64,000 bases of DNA from Ignavibacteriota bacterium (GCA_963787835.1 CAWBEI010000004.1:192001-256000); one strand, 5' to 3'; counted from the first letter of the stretch, positions 40,145-50,105 are shown. The notes: a model not told the origin generated them from the sequence alone. Numbers and translations are program-made.

Positions 40145-40963
40145 ATGATAGATGAACAGCATCAGGAGCATTTGCCCCAGCCGATGGTACCCTTGGGGTT
40201 CGAGCCGCCGCGTCCTTTCTGGAAAAAGCGGTGGGTATTGGCTTTGCTGATCGTGTTGGGATCTTTCATCATTTTCATTCTTTTGCTCGATAATGTCATC
40301 ATGCCACTTTACGTAAAGCAGGGTGCGGTAGCGACCGTCCCCAACGTGGTTGGCGTGCAAAAAGATGGTGCGTTGCAAACACTGAAAACTGCTGGATATG
40401 AACCTATCCTATATGAAGTACGCTTTGATGAGAAAGCCCCCGAGGGAACGATCATTCGGCAAACTCCGGAAGGTGGCGAAGAGACGAAGCCGGGCCGAAA
40501 AGTATATCTAATTATTTCCGGCGGGAAAGAAATGGCGAGTGTACCCGATCTGCGTGGTAAATCCCTGCGTGATGCCAAGATGCTGATGATCAAATCGAAT
40601 ATGTCCATTGGCAAAGTGAATTACGCGTATTCGGACAGTGTGACGAATGGAACCGTGTTCGAGCAATCTCCCTGGCCAGGAACGAAAACATCGGCCAGCA
40701 CCGAGGTAAGCGTAACGGTATCGCAGGGGCCGCTGTTGGGCCGTGTGCCGGTGCCGAGTCTCGCAAATCTTTCACTTTCTGAAGCGATCGAGAAATTGAA
40801 GAGTGTGAAATTGGAACTTGGCAAGGTCAATTACCAGAATGGTATCCCTGCAAACCAAGTGCTCGATCAATATCCTCCTGCTGGCGATCTGGTCAACGAA
40901 GGCGCAACGATCGACGTTTTTGTTGCGCGTGGTGATGAGCCGCCACCTGTGATCACTCCGTAA
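40145..40963 (+). CDS. PASTA domain-containing protein (three PASTA repeats)
   Basis: TM helix followed by VPNVVG, VPDLRG and VPSLAN repeats with Q.P..G motifs. Confidence 0.9.
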   Translation: MIDEQHQEHLPQPMVPLGFEPPRPFWKKRWVLALLIVLGSFIIFILLLDNVIMPLYVKQGAVATVPNVVGVQKDGALQTLKTAGYEPILYEVRFDEKAPEGTIIRQTPEGGEETKPGRKVYLIISGGKEMASVPDLRGKSLRDAKMLMIKSNMSIGKVNYAYSDSVTNGTVFEQSPWPGTKTSASTEVSVTVSQGPLLGRVPVPSLANLSLSEAIEKLKSVKLELGKVNYQNGIPANQVLDQYPPAGDLVNEGATIDVFVARGDEPPPVITP

Positions 40964-41005
40964 TTTTTATCTATCCAGTTCGTTCCGGACGATCGCTCTA
41001 TCTGC

Positions 41006-41926
41006 ATGGACCGCTTTGATCTTGCTATCGGCTGGCTGTGGGAGTATGACGAAGAGTTTGTCCTTGCCTTAGAACGGGAAGCTCAGGATCATCGCAACCT
41101 TTCCACGTTTCAGATCCACGATAACAATATCGAAGAAGTTCTTGACCGTGTTCGAAAACGGACACTCCATTTTGGGATGTATTTAGATCGCGGGTTCGAC
41201 ATTGATGAGCGCTTCGAACATCTTGGGAAGCTTATTATGCGGCATGGCGGATCGGTCGTTAACTCCTATGATCATACGATCGAAGCCATAGATAAAGCCA
41301 GCATGCACTTACAGTTCATCACCGCAGGGCTTCACGTTCCATTCACGATCATTATTTCACCATACTCGCAACGGAAGGAGATCGGCCTTTCTATCGAGGA
41401 CTTAGCCCATCTTGGACGTCCCTTTATAATCAAACCTGCGAACACGACCGGAGGAGGTATCGGCGTGGTCATGGGCGCAGAGACGCTTTCCGATGTGCTC
41501 CATGCGCGCACCGAATTTGGAGAAGACAAATATCTTCTACAGGAGCATATCGAGCCGCGTGAGATCAACGGGCGCCGGTGCTGGTTCCGATGCTTTTACG
41601 TCTATGGAAAAGTGTTCCTTGTCTGGTGGGATGATCGGACGCACATCTATGATATTGTTACACCGGATGAAGAGCATTTTTATAAACTTCGCTCGCTCCG
41701 AACCATCATGCGGACGATCGCCAACGTCTCCGGCCTTAACTTTTTTTCAAGCGAGATCGCGCTTCGGCAGCCCTCGCCATACGAGCCTTCGCGATTTATC
41801 GTCATCGACTATGTAAATGATATGTGCGATATGCGCTCACTTACTCATGCTCCGGATGGACTTGTGCCTGAACTTCGCGAAGGCATCATCTCACGTATCG
41901 CACTCGAAGCAAAAAAGAGGGCGTAA
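41006..41926 (+). CDS. ATP-grasp-like conserved protein
   Basis: IDKA, PFIIKPA..GGGIGV, YLLQEHI and IDYVND motifs. Confidence 0.7.
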   Translation: MDRFDLAIGWLWEYDEEFVLALEREAQDHRNLSTFQIHDNNIEEVLDRVRKRTLHFGMYLDRGFDIDERFEHLGKLIMRHGGSVVNSYDHTIEAIDKASMHLQFITAGLHVPFTIIISPYSQRKEIGLSIEDLAHLGRPFIIKPANTTGGGIGVVMGAETLSDVLHARTEFGEDKYLLQEHIEPREINGRRCWFRCFYVYGKVFLVWWDDRTHIYDIVTPDEEHFYKLRSLRTIMRTIANVSGLNFFSSEIALRQPSPYEPSRFIVIDYVNDMCDMRSLTHAPDGLVPELREGIISRIALEAKKRA

Positions 41927-41935
41927 GTTTGAGTG

Positions 41936-43174
41936 TTACTTCGGGATAGCCTCTGTCAGATTTCGTGGTCCCTTTGCTGTAACAAGAATATTATCTTCTA
42001 TCCTTACGCCGAGTTTTCCGATTAGTGGTTCGATGGCAGCCCAATCCACCAAATCGCGGTATTTGTTTCGCCGCTCTTCATCGCGAAGTAATGCTGGAAT
42101 GAAATAAAGTCCAGGCTCAACGGTAACAAGGTAGCCATCAGCCAGAGGAAGATCCATTCGAATAGCTACTCCGGCAACCTTGCACTGTCCATCACGACCG
42201 GGGAAGGCGCCACCGGCATCGCGAACGCCAAGTCCTACCATGTGCCCAATCCCATGCGGGAAAAATAGCGAGATGAGTTCCGAATCGAATGCTTCCTGCG
42301 CAGAGCATCGGATAAGTCCCATTTTTTGCAACGATCCAGCCATACTGAGCGCCGCCAATTTGTGAAGTTCTCTCCATTCTGTTCCACCAATACATCCCGC
42401 GATTACTTGCTCATTAGCAAGGAGCACCGCATCGTAGATCATTTGCTGATCTGCAGTAAATGTTCCATTTGCAGGATGCGTCCGCGTAACATCGGCGGTA
42501 TAGCTGTTCACTTCGCCACCTGCATCAATAAGTACAACTTCACCCTCGCCAACCTGCCGGTTCGTCGGGGCAAAATGAAGCACTGCTGAATTAGGCCCCG
42601 AACCAACGATTGTGGCATAACCCAAACCATCCGCTCCCGCGCGAAACATTTCCGCTTCTAGCTCGATCTGCAATTGGCGCTCGGTTATTCCCGGCTTGAT
42701 AAGTGAACGCGCTACTTCATGCCCAACGGCCGTGGCTTTTATAGCTTCTGCCATCAGTTCGATCTCGAAGGCGTCTTTCGGTCTGCGCGCATGCGTGAGT
42801 TTGGTGCGAAGCTCATCGTCTGCGGTGGCATCCTTGGGAACCCCGAGCCAACGGACTTTGCGGTCAGCGCGACTTTTCAGCCACTCCTCAAGTTCTGTTA
42901 CAGGATGTCCAACAGGATGTTCGCTCCCACCCCAAATTTGTTCACCAACGCTGAGCGGCGTTTCGAAAAGCGTCCAGCCTTCGCGCGGATCGTAGGCCAT
43001 CACGCCGCCCTCACGATGCCGGCCCGTAAGCCAAAAATATTCCGGATGTGGTTTGTATGGGAAGCACTGATCGGCGCCGCCGGGGATGGAGATGGGCATA
43101 CCAGCACCGATGAGGACGATGTCATCCGTGGTGCCAAAGGCCGATGCCGCTCGTTGTTGTCGTTGTTCAATCAT
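41936..43174 (-). CDS. Xaa-Pro aminopeptidase (M24)
   Basis: LIDAG..YTADVTRT, HGIGH.VGL, TVEPG and GVRIED motifs. Confidence 0.92.
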   Translation of the reverse strand: MIEQRQQRAASAFGTTDDIVLIGAGMPISIPGGADQCFPYKPHPEYFWLTGRHREGGVMAYDPREGWTLFETPLSVGEQIWGGSEHPVGHPVTELEEWLKSRADRKVRWLGVPKDATADDELRTKLTHARRPKDAFEIELMAEAIKATAVGHEVARSLIKPGITERQLQIELEAEMFRAGADGLGYATIVGSGPNSAVLHFAPTNRQVGEGEVVLIDAGGEVNSYTADVTRTHPANGTFTADQQMIYDAVLLANEQVIAGCIGGTEWRELHKLAALSMAGSLQKMGLIRCSAQEAFDSELISLFFPHGIGHMVGLGVRDAGGAFPGRDGQCKVAGVAIRMDLPLADGYLVTVEPGLYFIPALLRDEERRNKYRDLVDWAAIEPLIGKLGVRIEDNILVTAKGPRNLTEAIPK

Positions 43175-43198
43175 AATTGATGGATAAAGATTTTAAGT

Positions 43199-44629
43199 TT
43201 ATTTCTCCGGTTCTGCCTGAATGAGAATGCGCGTTAGTTGCGGAAATTGTTTTCGCAGATTTTTCTCGACGCTCGTCATGATCTCATGTGCATCGTGAAG
43301 CAATAAGTTTCGTGGCAGATCGACAGTCAGAATTAGTTTGAGGCTCTCGTCGCGCTCGTCGCGGAAAAGATGTAGATCTCGCACCCCCTGTACTAACGGA
43401 TTAGTAGCCTTGGCGAACGTAGAGGCTTCGTTGAGCATCGGAGCGTGATCGATCTCTTCGACATGCGGCATCGCGCGATCGGAACGTTCTTCTTCCAGAT
43501 GGACGAATATCCTTCCGATCTCCGGCAACTCGTGGCGTATGCGGGCTTCGATCTCACCTGCCATTGTTTCAGCACGGACAAGCGGCGTCCCAGGCGGGAA
43601 CTCAACATGGTAATCGAGCGAGGTTAGGTCATCCTCCATTCGCGAAAGTTCGATGTTATGCGGCATCAGCCCATACTCTGCGGCGATCATCTTTAGGGTA
43701 TCGAACGGCATCTCGGATGCGGTTCGAATGGCGCGCCAGTGAACGGTCACTTCGGATTGAGGAAACTCGGCAATAATACTTCGCTCCACTTGAGCAATAA
43801 TACGTTGCACCGCTGCAAAGGGAAGCACACGCGAAATCTGAACGCTGACCTCTACAAACAACACCGGCCCTGCGATCCGCATGCGCATACTGCTCACATT
43901 TTCTACTCCTGAGATCTTTTCGAGTATCGCTTTGAGCCTGTCGTAATCTCCGGTTTTTGTGTAGCGATCGGTAAGACCATCGACGGCACGAGAAATAAGG
44001 CGGACGCTGAGATATGCAACGAACACCGCAACAAGGATCGCAGCCCAGTTATCCGCTTGAGGAAAATTTCCGAACCGCACCAGCAGTAACGCAACCAATG
44101 CAATAAGTGCCGATAGCGAATCGGTGAAAAAATGCAGCGAGCTTGCTTCCAGCGCGGCAGAATGCTGCTCTTTACTCGTTCCCTGCAATAATTTTGCGCG
44201 CCAGAGATCGAGCGCCATGGATAATAGGAGCACGCCGAAGCTCCAGAAATTCACTTCGATTGTTTCCAGAGTTCCCATTAATCGCTGAATGGCGCTGAAG
44301 GCGATCCAGATGGTAACAATAAGCAGCAGCAAACCCTGCGCGAGTGCCGAAAGGCTTTCGAACTTGCCATGGCCGTAGGGATGATCCTCGTCAGGTGGGA
44401 TGGAGCTAACACGAACTGCGAGGAGGGTGATAACAACTGCCGCGAGATCGATGCCGGACTCTGCAGCGAGCGATAACAGCGCGAGGGAACCTGTAACGAT
44501 CCCAACCGTCAGCTTCGCGACCATAAGCACCAGCGTAACCACCAGCGAAACCCAGGCGACCTGAAGCTTCTTCACAGACGGACGGGGGCCTTGGGATGGG
44601 GAAAGATCGGAAGAATAACCCGATGACAT
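43199..44629 (-). CDS. Cation diffusion facilitator transporter with three C-terminal dimerisation-type domains
   Basis: HPYGHGKFE and H..TD in the TM part; repeated VTVH, IFVHLE and AHEI..ILIQAEP domains. Confidence 0.88.
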   Translation of the reverse strand: MSSGYSSDLSPSQGPRPSVKKLQVAWVSLVVTLVLMVAKLTVGIVTGSLALLSLAAESGIDLAAVVITLLAVRVSSIPPDEDHPYGHGKFESLSALAQGLLLLIVTIWIAFSAIQRLMGTLETIEVNFWSFGVLLLSMALDLWRAKLLQGTSKEQHSAALEASSLHFFTDSLSALIALVALLLVRFGNFPQADNWAAILVAVFVAYLSVRLISRAVDGLTDRYTKTGDYDRLKAILEKISGVENVSSMRMRIAGPVLFVEVSVQISRVLPFAAVQRIIAQVERSIIAEFPQSEVTVHWRAIRTASEMPFDTLKMIAAEYGLMPHNIELSRMEDDLTSLDYHVEFPPGTPLVRAETMAGEIEARIRHELPEIGRIFVHLEEERSDRAMPHVEEIDHAPMLNEASTFAKATNPLVQGVRDLHLFRDERDESLKLILTVDLPRNLLLHDAHEIMTSVEKNLRKQFPQLTRILIQAEPEK

Positions 44630-44678
44630 GAGGCCGCTATAATTATTGGCAATATCTCAACATTGCGCTCAAGAAAAT

Positions 44679-44767
44679 GCATCGTCAACTATGCAGGCAT
44701 CGTCAGCGATGCAGGCATCGTCAGCGATGCAGGCATCGTCAGCGATGCGTGCATCATCAAAGATGCA
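44679..44767. repeat. Five tandem 18-bp palindromic units GCATCG-TCAG-CGATGC-AG
   Basis: Units start at 44679, 44697, 44715, 44733 and 44751. The last unit abuts the tRNA CCA. Confidence 0.9.
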
Positions 44768-44854
44768 TGGTGCCCGAGGCGGGACTCGAACCCGCACAGC
44801 CTCACGACTACTGCGTTCTGAGCACAGCGTGTCTACCAATTCCACCACCCAGGC
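44768..44854 (-). tRNA. tRNA-Leu (CAG)
   Basis: GCCTGGG/CTCGGGC acceptor, GGAATTGGTAGAC D-arm, CTGTG-CTCAGAA-CGCAG anticodon arm, long variable arm, encoded CCA. Confidence 0.95.
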
Positions 44855-44896
44855 ATGTTTTCCCCGGTATAATTCATCCGGGGGACGGCCTAACAG

Positions 44897-45955
44897 CTAT
44901 GATTCTACGCCTGTTCCGCACGTCCGTAGGCATTCTTTGCCGCCCTCACGAATGCCCCGCGCATTCTCCGGATCGACATCCGGCGTAATGCCATGCCCCA
45001 GATTGAAAATATGACCTCTTGGCTCGCCCATTCGTTTTGCAATAGCACGGACTTTTTCTTCGATCACCTCAGGTGTGGTATAAAGAAGGGAGGGATCGAG
45101 GTTCCCTTGCAGTGCGACTGAATCGCCAAGCAATGCTTTCACCTCCGAAATATCTATTGTCCAATCGAGGCCGATGACATCACAGCCCGACATCGCGATC
45201 TCCGAAAGGGAATGATTCGCGCCTTTGCAAAATAGGATGATCGGTGCTTTGCGCTTCGTGTGCTGCTTCACAAGCTGTACGATCTCGATAAGATACCCAA
45301 GCGAGAATTCGATGAAATCTTCTGGTGTGAGAACCCCAGCCCATGTATCGAAGATCTGCACAACATCTGCGCCAGCCTCGATCTGCGCGATGAGATATTG
45401 GGCGACAGCATCCGAAATTTTGCGAAGCAGAAGATGTGCGTCCTCTTTGCGGGTATAGAGCATCTGCTTCGCATACCTGAAATCCTTCGAGCCTTGGCCT
45501 TCGACCATATAGGCAAAAAGCGTCCACGGCGCGCCGGAAAATCCGATAAGCGGTACGCGGCCATTCAGCTTTTCTTTCGTGAGCTTGATGGCGTCTGTGA
45601 CGTAACTGAGCTTCGAATTAATATCTTTATCCGTCAGCGATTTAATTTGTGTGTAGAGACGAATGGGGTCAGGGAATCTCGGGCCTTCGCCTTCCTCGAA
45701 CACCAAATTCATTCCCATCGCCTCTGGCACGACGAGAATATCCGAAAAGATGATCGCCGCATCGACATCCATAAGATCGACGGGCTGGATCGTCACCGCT
45801 GCGGCAAGCTCCGGCGTGCGCACCATGTCGAGGAAGCTATGCTGCGCGCGAATGGCGCGGTACTCCGGCAAATACCGTCCCGCCTGACGCATGAACCACA
45901 CCGGCGCTCGCTCGATCGGCTCCATCCGAGCGGCACGAATTAGAAGATCATTCAT
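44897..45955 (-). CDS. hemE: Uroporphyrinogen decarboxylase (probable one-base error near the C-terminus)
   Basis: WFMRQAGRYLPEY, FSDIL, QGNLDP and FNLGHG motifs. Confidence 0.96.
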   Translation of the reverse strand: MNDLLIRAARMEPIERAPVWFMRQAGRYLPEYRAIRAQHSFLDMVRTPELAAAVTIQPVDLMDVDAAIIFSDILVVPEAMGMNLVFEEGEGPRFPDPIRLYTQIKSLTDKDINSKLSYVTDAIKLTKEKLNGRVPLIGFSGAPWTLFAYMVEGQGSKDFRYAKQMLYTRKEDAHLLLRKISDAVAQYLIAQIEAGADVVQIFDTWAGVLTPEDFIEFSLGYLIEIVQLVKQHTKRKAPIILFCKGANHSLSEIAMSGCDVIGLDWTIDISEVKALLGDSVALQGNLDPSLLYTTPEVIEEKVRAIAKRMGEPRGHIFNLGHGITPDVDPENARGIREGGKECLRTCGTGVES

Positions 45956-45959
45956 AATA

Positions 45960-46155
45960 TCTGAACCAGGATGACGCGGATCAGGACGGATGACGCGGAT
46001 GAGTTAATAGAAATATTCACGTATCGTTTAACAAATACGGGCTCCTTTCGTCCCGCGCCCGCCTCAAAATATATTGCAATGTCAATCCCGCTTTTGCGGG
46101 AATGACACGAAACCATCCGCGTCATCCGACTTAATCCGCGTAATCCAGGTTCAGA
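45960..46155. repeat. Long-armed inverted-repeat element of the 17341 family with a nested hairpin
   Basis: TCTGAACCAGGATGACGCGGAT..GGATGACGCGGATG pairs with CATCCGCGTCATCC..ATCCGCGTAATCCAGGTTCAGA. The loop contains TGTCAATCCCGCTTTTGCGGGAATGACA. Confidence 0.88.
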
Positions 46156-47424
46156 CTAATGCATCAACTCGATCGGCAGCGTCTCCATCTTACCATTCAT
46201 CCGGACAAGGCTCTGGTATGTCCCATCGGGTAATCCTGTAGGATTACCCCACATGAAGCTGTGCTCTCCCGCACCAATCTCGCCCGAAAACAGCCGCGCA
46301 ACCTCCACGCCAAGCATATTCACAATGGATACTTCCGCATACCCGGCAGCTTGCGAGGTGAAGGTGATTTGGGTGGATTGGGAGAAGGGGTTGGGGAAGA
46401 CGTGAAATTCACCTTCGAATGGTGAATTTCCCGCAACGCTTTCTTTCTGCAGATTCATTTCCGAAAGCGGACGTCGCCATATTCCACTATCGGTTCCAGC
46501 AAGCAGGAATGACCCATAGACTTCAAGAGACTCGACCCACGTCTTGCCTGGAATGCCGGAATTGACGGATGCCCAGCTTTGTCCGGTATCAATGGTTAGA
46601 AAAATTCCACCGGTGTCATCACTGACAAATAAATTTGAGTCTTTCGCGGCAAACCCATTCAGTCCAGTATTATATGGAACTGTAATTGTTGTCGGTGACC
46701 AGGTATTGCCACTATCAGTCGACATTCTTATGCCTCCTTCAATAGTGCCAGCAAAAAGATCGGCGCCATATGTGAAAAGGGTATTGATGGATTCTGCACC
46801 CTGTTCTGGGCCTTGCCAAGTTGCCCCGTCATCCATTGACCGAAATATACCATATCCGCCAGGGCCTTCAAAAAGTATGGTGCCAAGCAGAGTGAGAGAA
46901 GTGACAAATCTAGCGTAATGAGACAATCCCGTATCTCGGGCATTCCAACTTATACCACCATTAGTAGAAAAATAAACACCCCCGTCTTGTCCATAGAGGC
47001 CATTGGCATTAACGCCCGCAAAAATAAACGTTCCATCTACTGCGAATGCATCAACAATGGCAGAATCAGGTAAACCAATGTTGGCGCCTTTCCAGCTTTT
47101 CCCACTATCGGTAGAGAGAAGAATTCCATGCCACCACGTTCCAGCGAAGATATTCTTACCACTAACTTTCAATGCGACGACTAGCGTCGTATCTGTTATA
47201 CCTAAATTTAATGGTGCCCAATTTTGCCCACTATCAGTTGAAACGAAAATTCCTCCAGATGGCCAACCGTCAGATGCAAATAAGTAAGGACCAAGTGCGG
47301 AAAAGGCAGTAAACGTTTCTTGGTGTGGAGCATTCATTTGTTTCCACTGCGCATGCAGCCCACACGCAGGCATCACCGCGAGCGTGGCGAAGAGGGTGAG
47401 TGCGAGAAGTCGTTTCAGGAACAT
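46156..47424 (-). CDS. T9SS-secreted BNR/Asp-box beta-propeller protein
   Basis: Signal ending LHA-QW, repeated S.D.G..W boxes, CTD FPNPF..VNMLGVEVA. Confidence 0.85.
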   Translation of the reverse strand: MFLKRLLALTLFATLAVMPACGLHAQWKQMNAPHQETFTAFSALGPYLFASDGWPSGGIFVSTDSGQNWAPLNLGITDTTLVVALKVSGKNIFAGTWWHGILLSTDSGKSWKGANIGLPDSAIVDAFAVDGTFIFAGVNANGLYGQDGGVYFSTNGGISWNARDTGLSHYARFVTSLTLLGTILFEGPGGYGIFRSMDDGATWQGPEQGAESINTLFTYGADLFAGTIEGGIRMSTDSGNTWSPTTITVPYNTGLNGFAAKDSNLFVSDDTGGIFLTIDTGQSWASVNSGIPGKTWVESLEVYGSFLLAGTDSGIWRRPLSEMNLQKESVAGNSPFEGEFHVFPNPFSQSTQITFTSQAAGYAEVSIVNMLGVEVARLFSGEIGAGEHSFMWGNPTGLPDGTYQSLVRMNGKMETLPIELMH

Positions 47425-47526
47425 GGTTTTATGCTGCCCTGAAAAGTATTGCACGGCGCAAATAGTGCCCAATGTCTGAACTGGGATTTATGGGATGCAT
47501 GGGATTATTTGGATGCGATGCAAACG

Positions 47527-47665
47527 CCATAGGCGTGGCCCGTTTGTAGAAAAAATAATATTTGATATCATTAGCTCCGTAGGAGCGACCTATTGGCCGC
47601 TCCTACGGAGCTTGATAATGCCAAATAAAATGATTTTCTACAAACGGGCCGCTCCTAACGGAGCT
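47527..47665. repeat. Nested inverted-repeat element (GCTCCGTAGGAGC family)
   Basis: GGCCCGTTTGTAGAAAA / TTTTCTACAAACGGGCC outer arms and AGCTCCGTAGGAGCGACC / GGCCGCTCCTACGGAGCT inner arms. The hemD stop lies in its end. Confidence 0.8.
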
Positions 47666-48434
47666 TGCGAACGATTTCATTCGCCAAGCTTGTCATGTCT
47701 GCTCTCGGCGCAACAATTTCCGGCGCGCGGTGCAATGTTTCCTCAATGGCTTGTGCCGTCGTTCTGCCGATCGCGGCGAGAGTGGGGAGAGTATCGAGCA
47801 ATTCGGTTCCGGCAAGCGTTAGCGCAAAATTGATGACGGAGGATGGCGAAAAGAATGCGATCACATTGGGGCGCTCATTGCTTTGCATTAGTTGGATGAG
47901 CCGCACGGCATCGGCTGGCTTGGGCCCGTTCGTATGATACAACGTAACTCGCTCCGGCAAAGCACCAATTTCGCGAAGAGCATTCTCCAAAGTATTCAAC
48001 CCGATCTGCGATTGTAGCAGCAGGATGTGTTTTCCTGAGAGATCACTTTTAGAAAATGATGCAATTAATTCTCTGCTGCCGCCTTCGGAAGGAATGGGAA
48101 AGTGAATTTCAAAACCAAATTGTGTCAATTCTCTTGCCGTAGTTTCACCAACGGCTCCAAAGCAAGCATTCTTTCGAAGCGCATCAATCAGCCCAAGTTT
48201 TCGTGACCGTTGTTCGAAGAAATATACTGCGGTGGGACTGGAAAGAATAATACAGTCGAATTCTCCTCTCGCAGCACGACCAAGAGCAGAATTAAGCTCG
48301 CTTAGATCGGGTGGGAGCGAAAACGAGATCATCGGTATCTCTTCGATGACAATTCCCGCGCCGTTCAGAATGCGGTGCAGATCGTCATCATCAGAAGAAC
48401 GAATGCGAGGGCGCGTGAGCAGGACTCTTGGCAA
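47655..48434 (-). CDS. hemD: Uroporphyrinogen-III synthase
   Basis: VLLTRP, SSPTAV..F, AVGETTA, FFSPSSV and AIGRTTA; directly after hemC. Confidence 0.88.
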   Translation of the reverse strand: MPRVLLTRPRIRSSDDDDLHRILNGAGIVIEEIPMISFSLPPDLSELNSALGRAARGEFDCIILSSPTAVYFFEQRSRKLGLIDALRKNACFGAVGETTARELTQFGFEIHFPIPSEGGSRELIASFSKSDLSGKHILLLQSQIGLNTLENALREIGALPERVTLYHTNGPKPADAVRLIQLMQSNERPNVIAFFSPSSVINFALTLAGTELLDTLPTLAAIGRTTAQAIEETLHRAPEIVAPRADMTSLANEIVRKLR

Positions 48435-48510
48435 TTATGAATGATGAATTCTGAATGATGAAAAATCCTTCGTTAGACATAACATAATTCATCATTCATA
48501 ATTCATCATT
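48433..48510. repeat. Heptamer-repeat inverted element between hemC and hemD
   Basis: AATTATGAATGATGAATT (48433-48450) is the exact reverse complement of 48486-48503. Confidence 0.85.
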
Positions 48511-49424
48511 GCCAACAACTCTTTCCCACCCATATCGAGCAATGTTCTCGCAAGGTCTGCACCAATTTGCTCTGCTGTGCTAACATCGCCGGTATGAACA
48601 GCACGCACAAGCGATTCACCATTCATTGCAGCGATACAGCCGGAAAGCTCCAGCACGTTGTCAACGATCTTTCCATGAGTACCGATAGGAACCTGACATC
48701 CACCACCGAGCGCTAGTAATAATGCGCGTTCTGCGGTTACGCTTTGCTTTGTCGCGTCATGATTGAGCGGAGCAAGAAGTTCTAGCGTTTTTGCATCACC
48801 ACTTCTGCATTCAATTCCCAGCGCGCCCTGTCCAGCAGCAGGTAATACCCATTCGAGTGAGATCGTATGGGCAATGTGCTCCGTTAGTCCAAGCCGTTCG
48901 AGACCTGCGCGAGCAAGGATCATTCCATCCCAATTGGATTCGAGCATTTTACGAATGCGTGTCGGCACGTTACCGCGAATATCGACAATACGGAAATCAG
49001 GGCGTTTGGTTAGGAGTTGTGCGATCCGGCGCAGGCTTCCAGTTGCTATGGTCGCGCCATCTGGCAGGTCCATCAGGCGAGTGTTCGTGTCTTTGGCGAG
49101 GAACACATCCTCTACATTTGCGCGCTCGGGAATAGCTCCAAGGGTAAGGGCATCGGGCAATGATGTCGGAAGATCTTTCAAGCTGTGAACGGCAATATCG
49201 ATTTCATTTGCCAGGAGTGCGGTTTCTAACTCTTTTGTGAAAACACCTTTTCCGCCGATCATCGAGAGTGAAGAATCGAGTATCTTATCGCCGGTGGTGT
49301 GAATATGCTTGATGGTAACTTCGAGGTCTGGATGTGCGGCACGCAGGCGGTCGCGGATATAGTTCGATTGCCATAGCGCAAGGTCGCTTGCTCGGGAACC
49401 AATAGTGAGATGCCGCACGCTCAC
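48492..49424 (-). CDS. hemC: Hydroxymethylbilane synthase
   Basis: GSRASDLALWQ, GKGVFTKE, AVHSLKD, IRGNV.TR and GGCQVPIG motifs. Confidence 0.97.
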   Translation of the reverse strand: MSVRHLTIGSRASDLALWQSNYIRDRLRAAHPDLEVTIKHIHTTGDKILDSSLSMIGGKGVFTKELETALLANEIDIAVHSLKDLPTSLPDALTLGAIPERANVEDVFLAKDTNTRLMDLPDGATIATGSLRRIAQLLTKRPDFRIVDIRGNVPTRIRKMLESNWDGMILARAGLERLGLTEHIAHTISLEWVLPAAGQGALGIECRSGDAKTLELLAPLNHDATKQSVTAERALLLALGGGCQVPIGTHGKIVDNVLELSGCIAAMNGESLVRAVHTGDVSTAEQIGADLARTLLDMGGKELLAMMNYE

Positions 49425-50023
49425 TTCACAAAAATGGCGCGTAACTCCAGCAGCGCCTGCTTCATCGAATGGATCTCTTCAAGGGAAAGGGATGCCGTGG
49501 GAACGGAGGGTTTTGTATCAGAGACGAGCGCTATTTGATCCGGGTCATTGACCTGAACCGGTTCATCCTGAGGCTTTCCTTCACCCAGGCGTTCAGCTTT
49601 TAAGATAGCTTTTGCTCCCTCGATGGTGTAACGCTGCTCGCGCAACAGTTCCTTAATGCGGAGGGTGAACTTGATGTCGCGATTCGAATAAATCCGGTTC
49701 CCAGCGCGATTTTTCTGCGGGCGGAGTTCATCGAATTCTGTTTCCCAATATCGCAGCACATACGGTTCAAGCCCCGTGAGGCGGCTGACCTCGGAGATCG
49801 AATAGTACAATTTCGGGATCGAAAGATCTTTCATGCTGCGGCGGGACGATGCAGTGCTGGTCGGTGCAGCCGTTTCATTGGTCTGGGCGTTTTCATCAGC
49901 CAGTGGGAGTGGCGGCGGAATCGTCTCTTCGGCTACCACGATCAGAGGAGCGGATACTTCCTCGGTTGTGGCAGTTGCAAGTACGATTCCGGGTCTCTCG
50001 AAAAACTCTCCCTGAGTGCCCAT
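49421..50023 (-). CDS. MerR family transcriptional regulator
   Basis: KLYYSISEV..YVLRYWETEF..L.P.KNRAGNR.Y..YTIEGA signature. Confidence 0.9.
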   Translation of the reverse strand: MGTQGEFFERPGIVLATATTEEVSAPLIVVAEETIPPPLPLADENAQTNETAAPTSTASSRRSMKDLSIPKLYYSISEVSRLTGLEPYVLRYWETEFDELRPQKNRAGNRIYSNRDIKFTLRIKELLREQRYTIEGAKAILKAERLGEGKPQDEPVQVNDPDQIALVSDTKPSVPTASLSLEEIHSMKQALLELRAIFVK

Positions 50024-50105
50024 GGAGCAATATCAAATAAACAAAAAAATTGCAGAATGTGGAAAACTTTAACCGTTACGGGTTATGCTAAGTTCATTTG
50101 CGAAC

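Noticed and set aside
44679-44767. Possible CRISPR array
   Set aside because: Units are 18 bp and contiguous with no unique spacers, and there are no cas genes in the window.
44646-45014. ORFs with MQASSA / CRHRQR repeats
   Set aside because: They are translations of the 18-bp tandem and lie antisense to tRNA-Leu.
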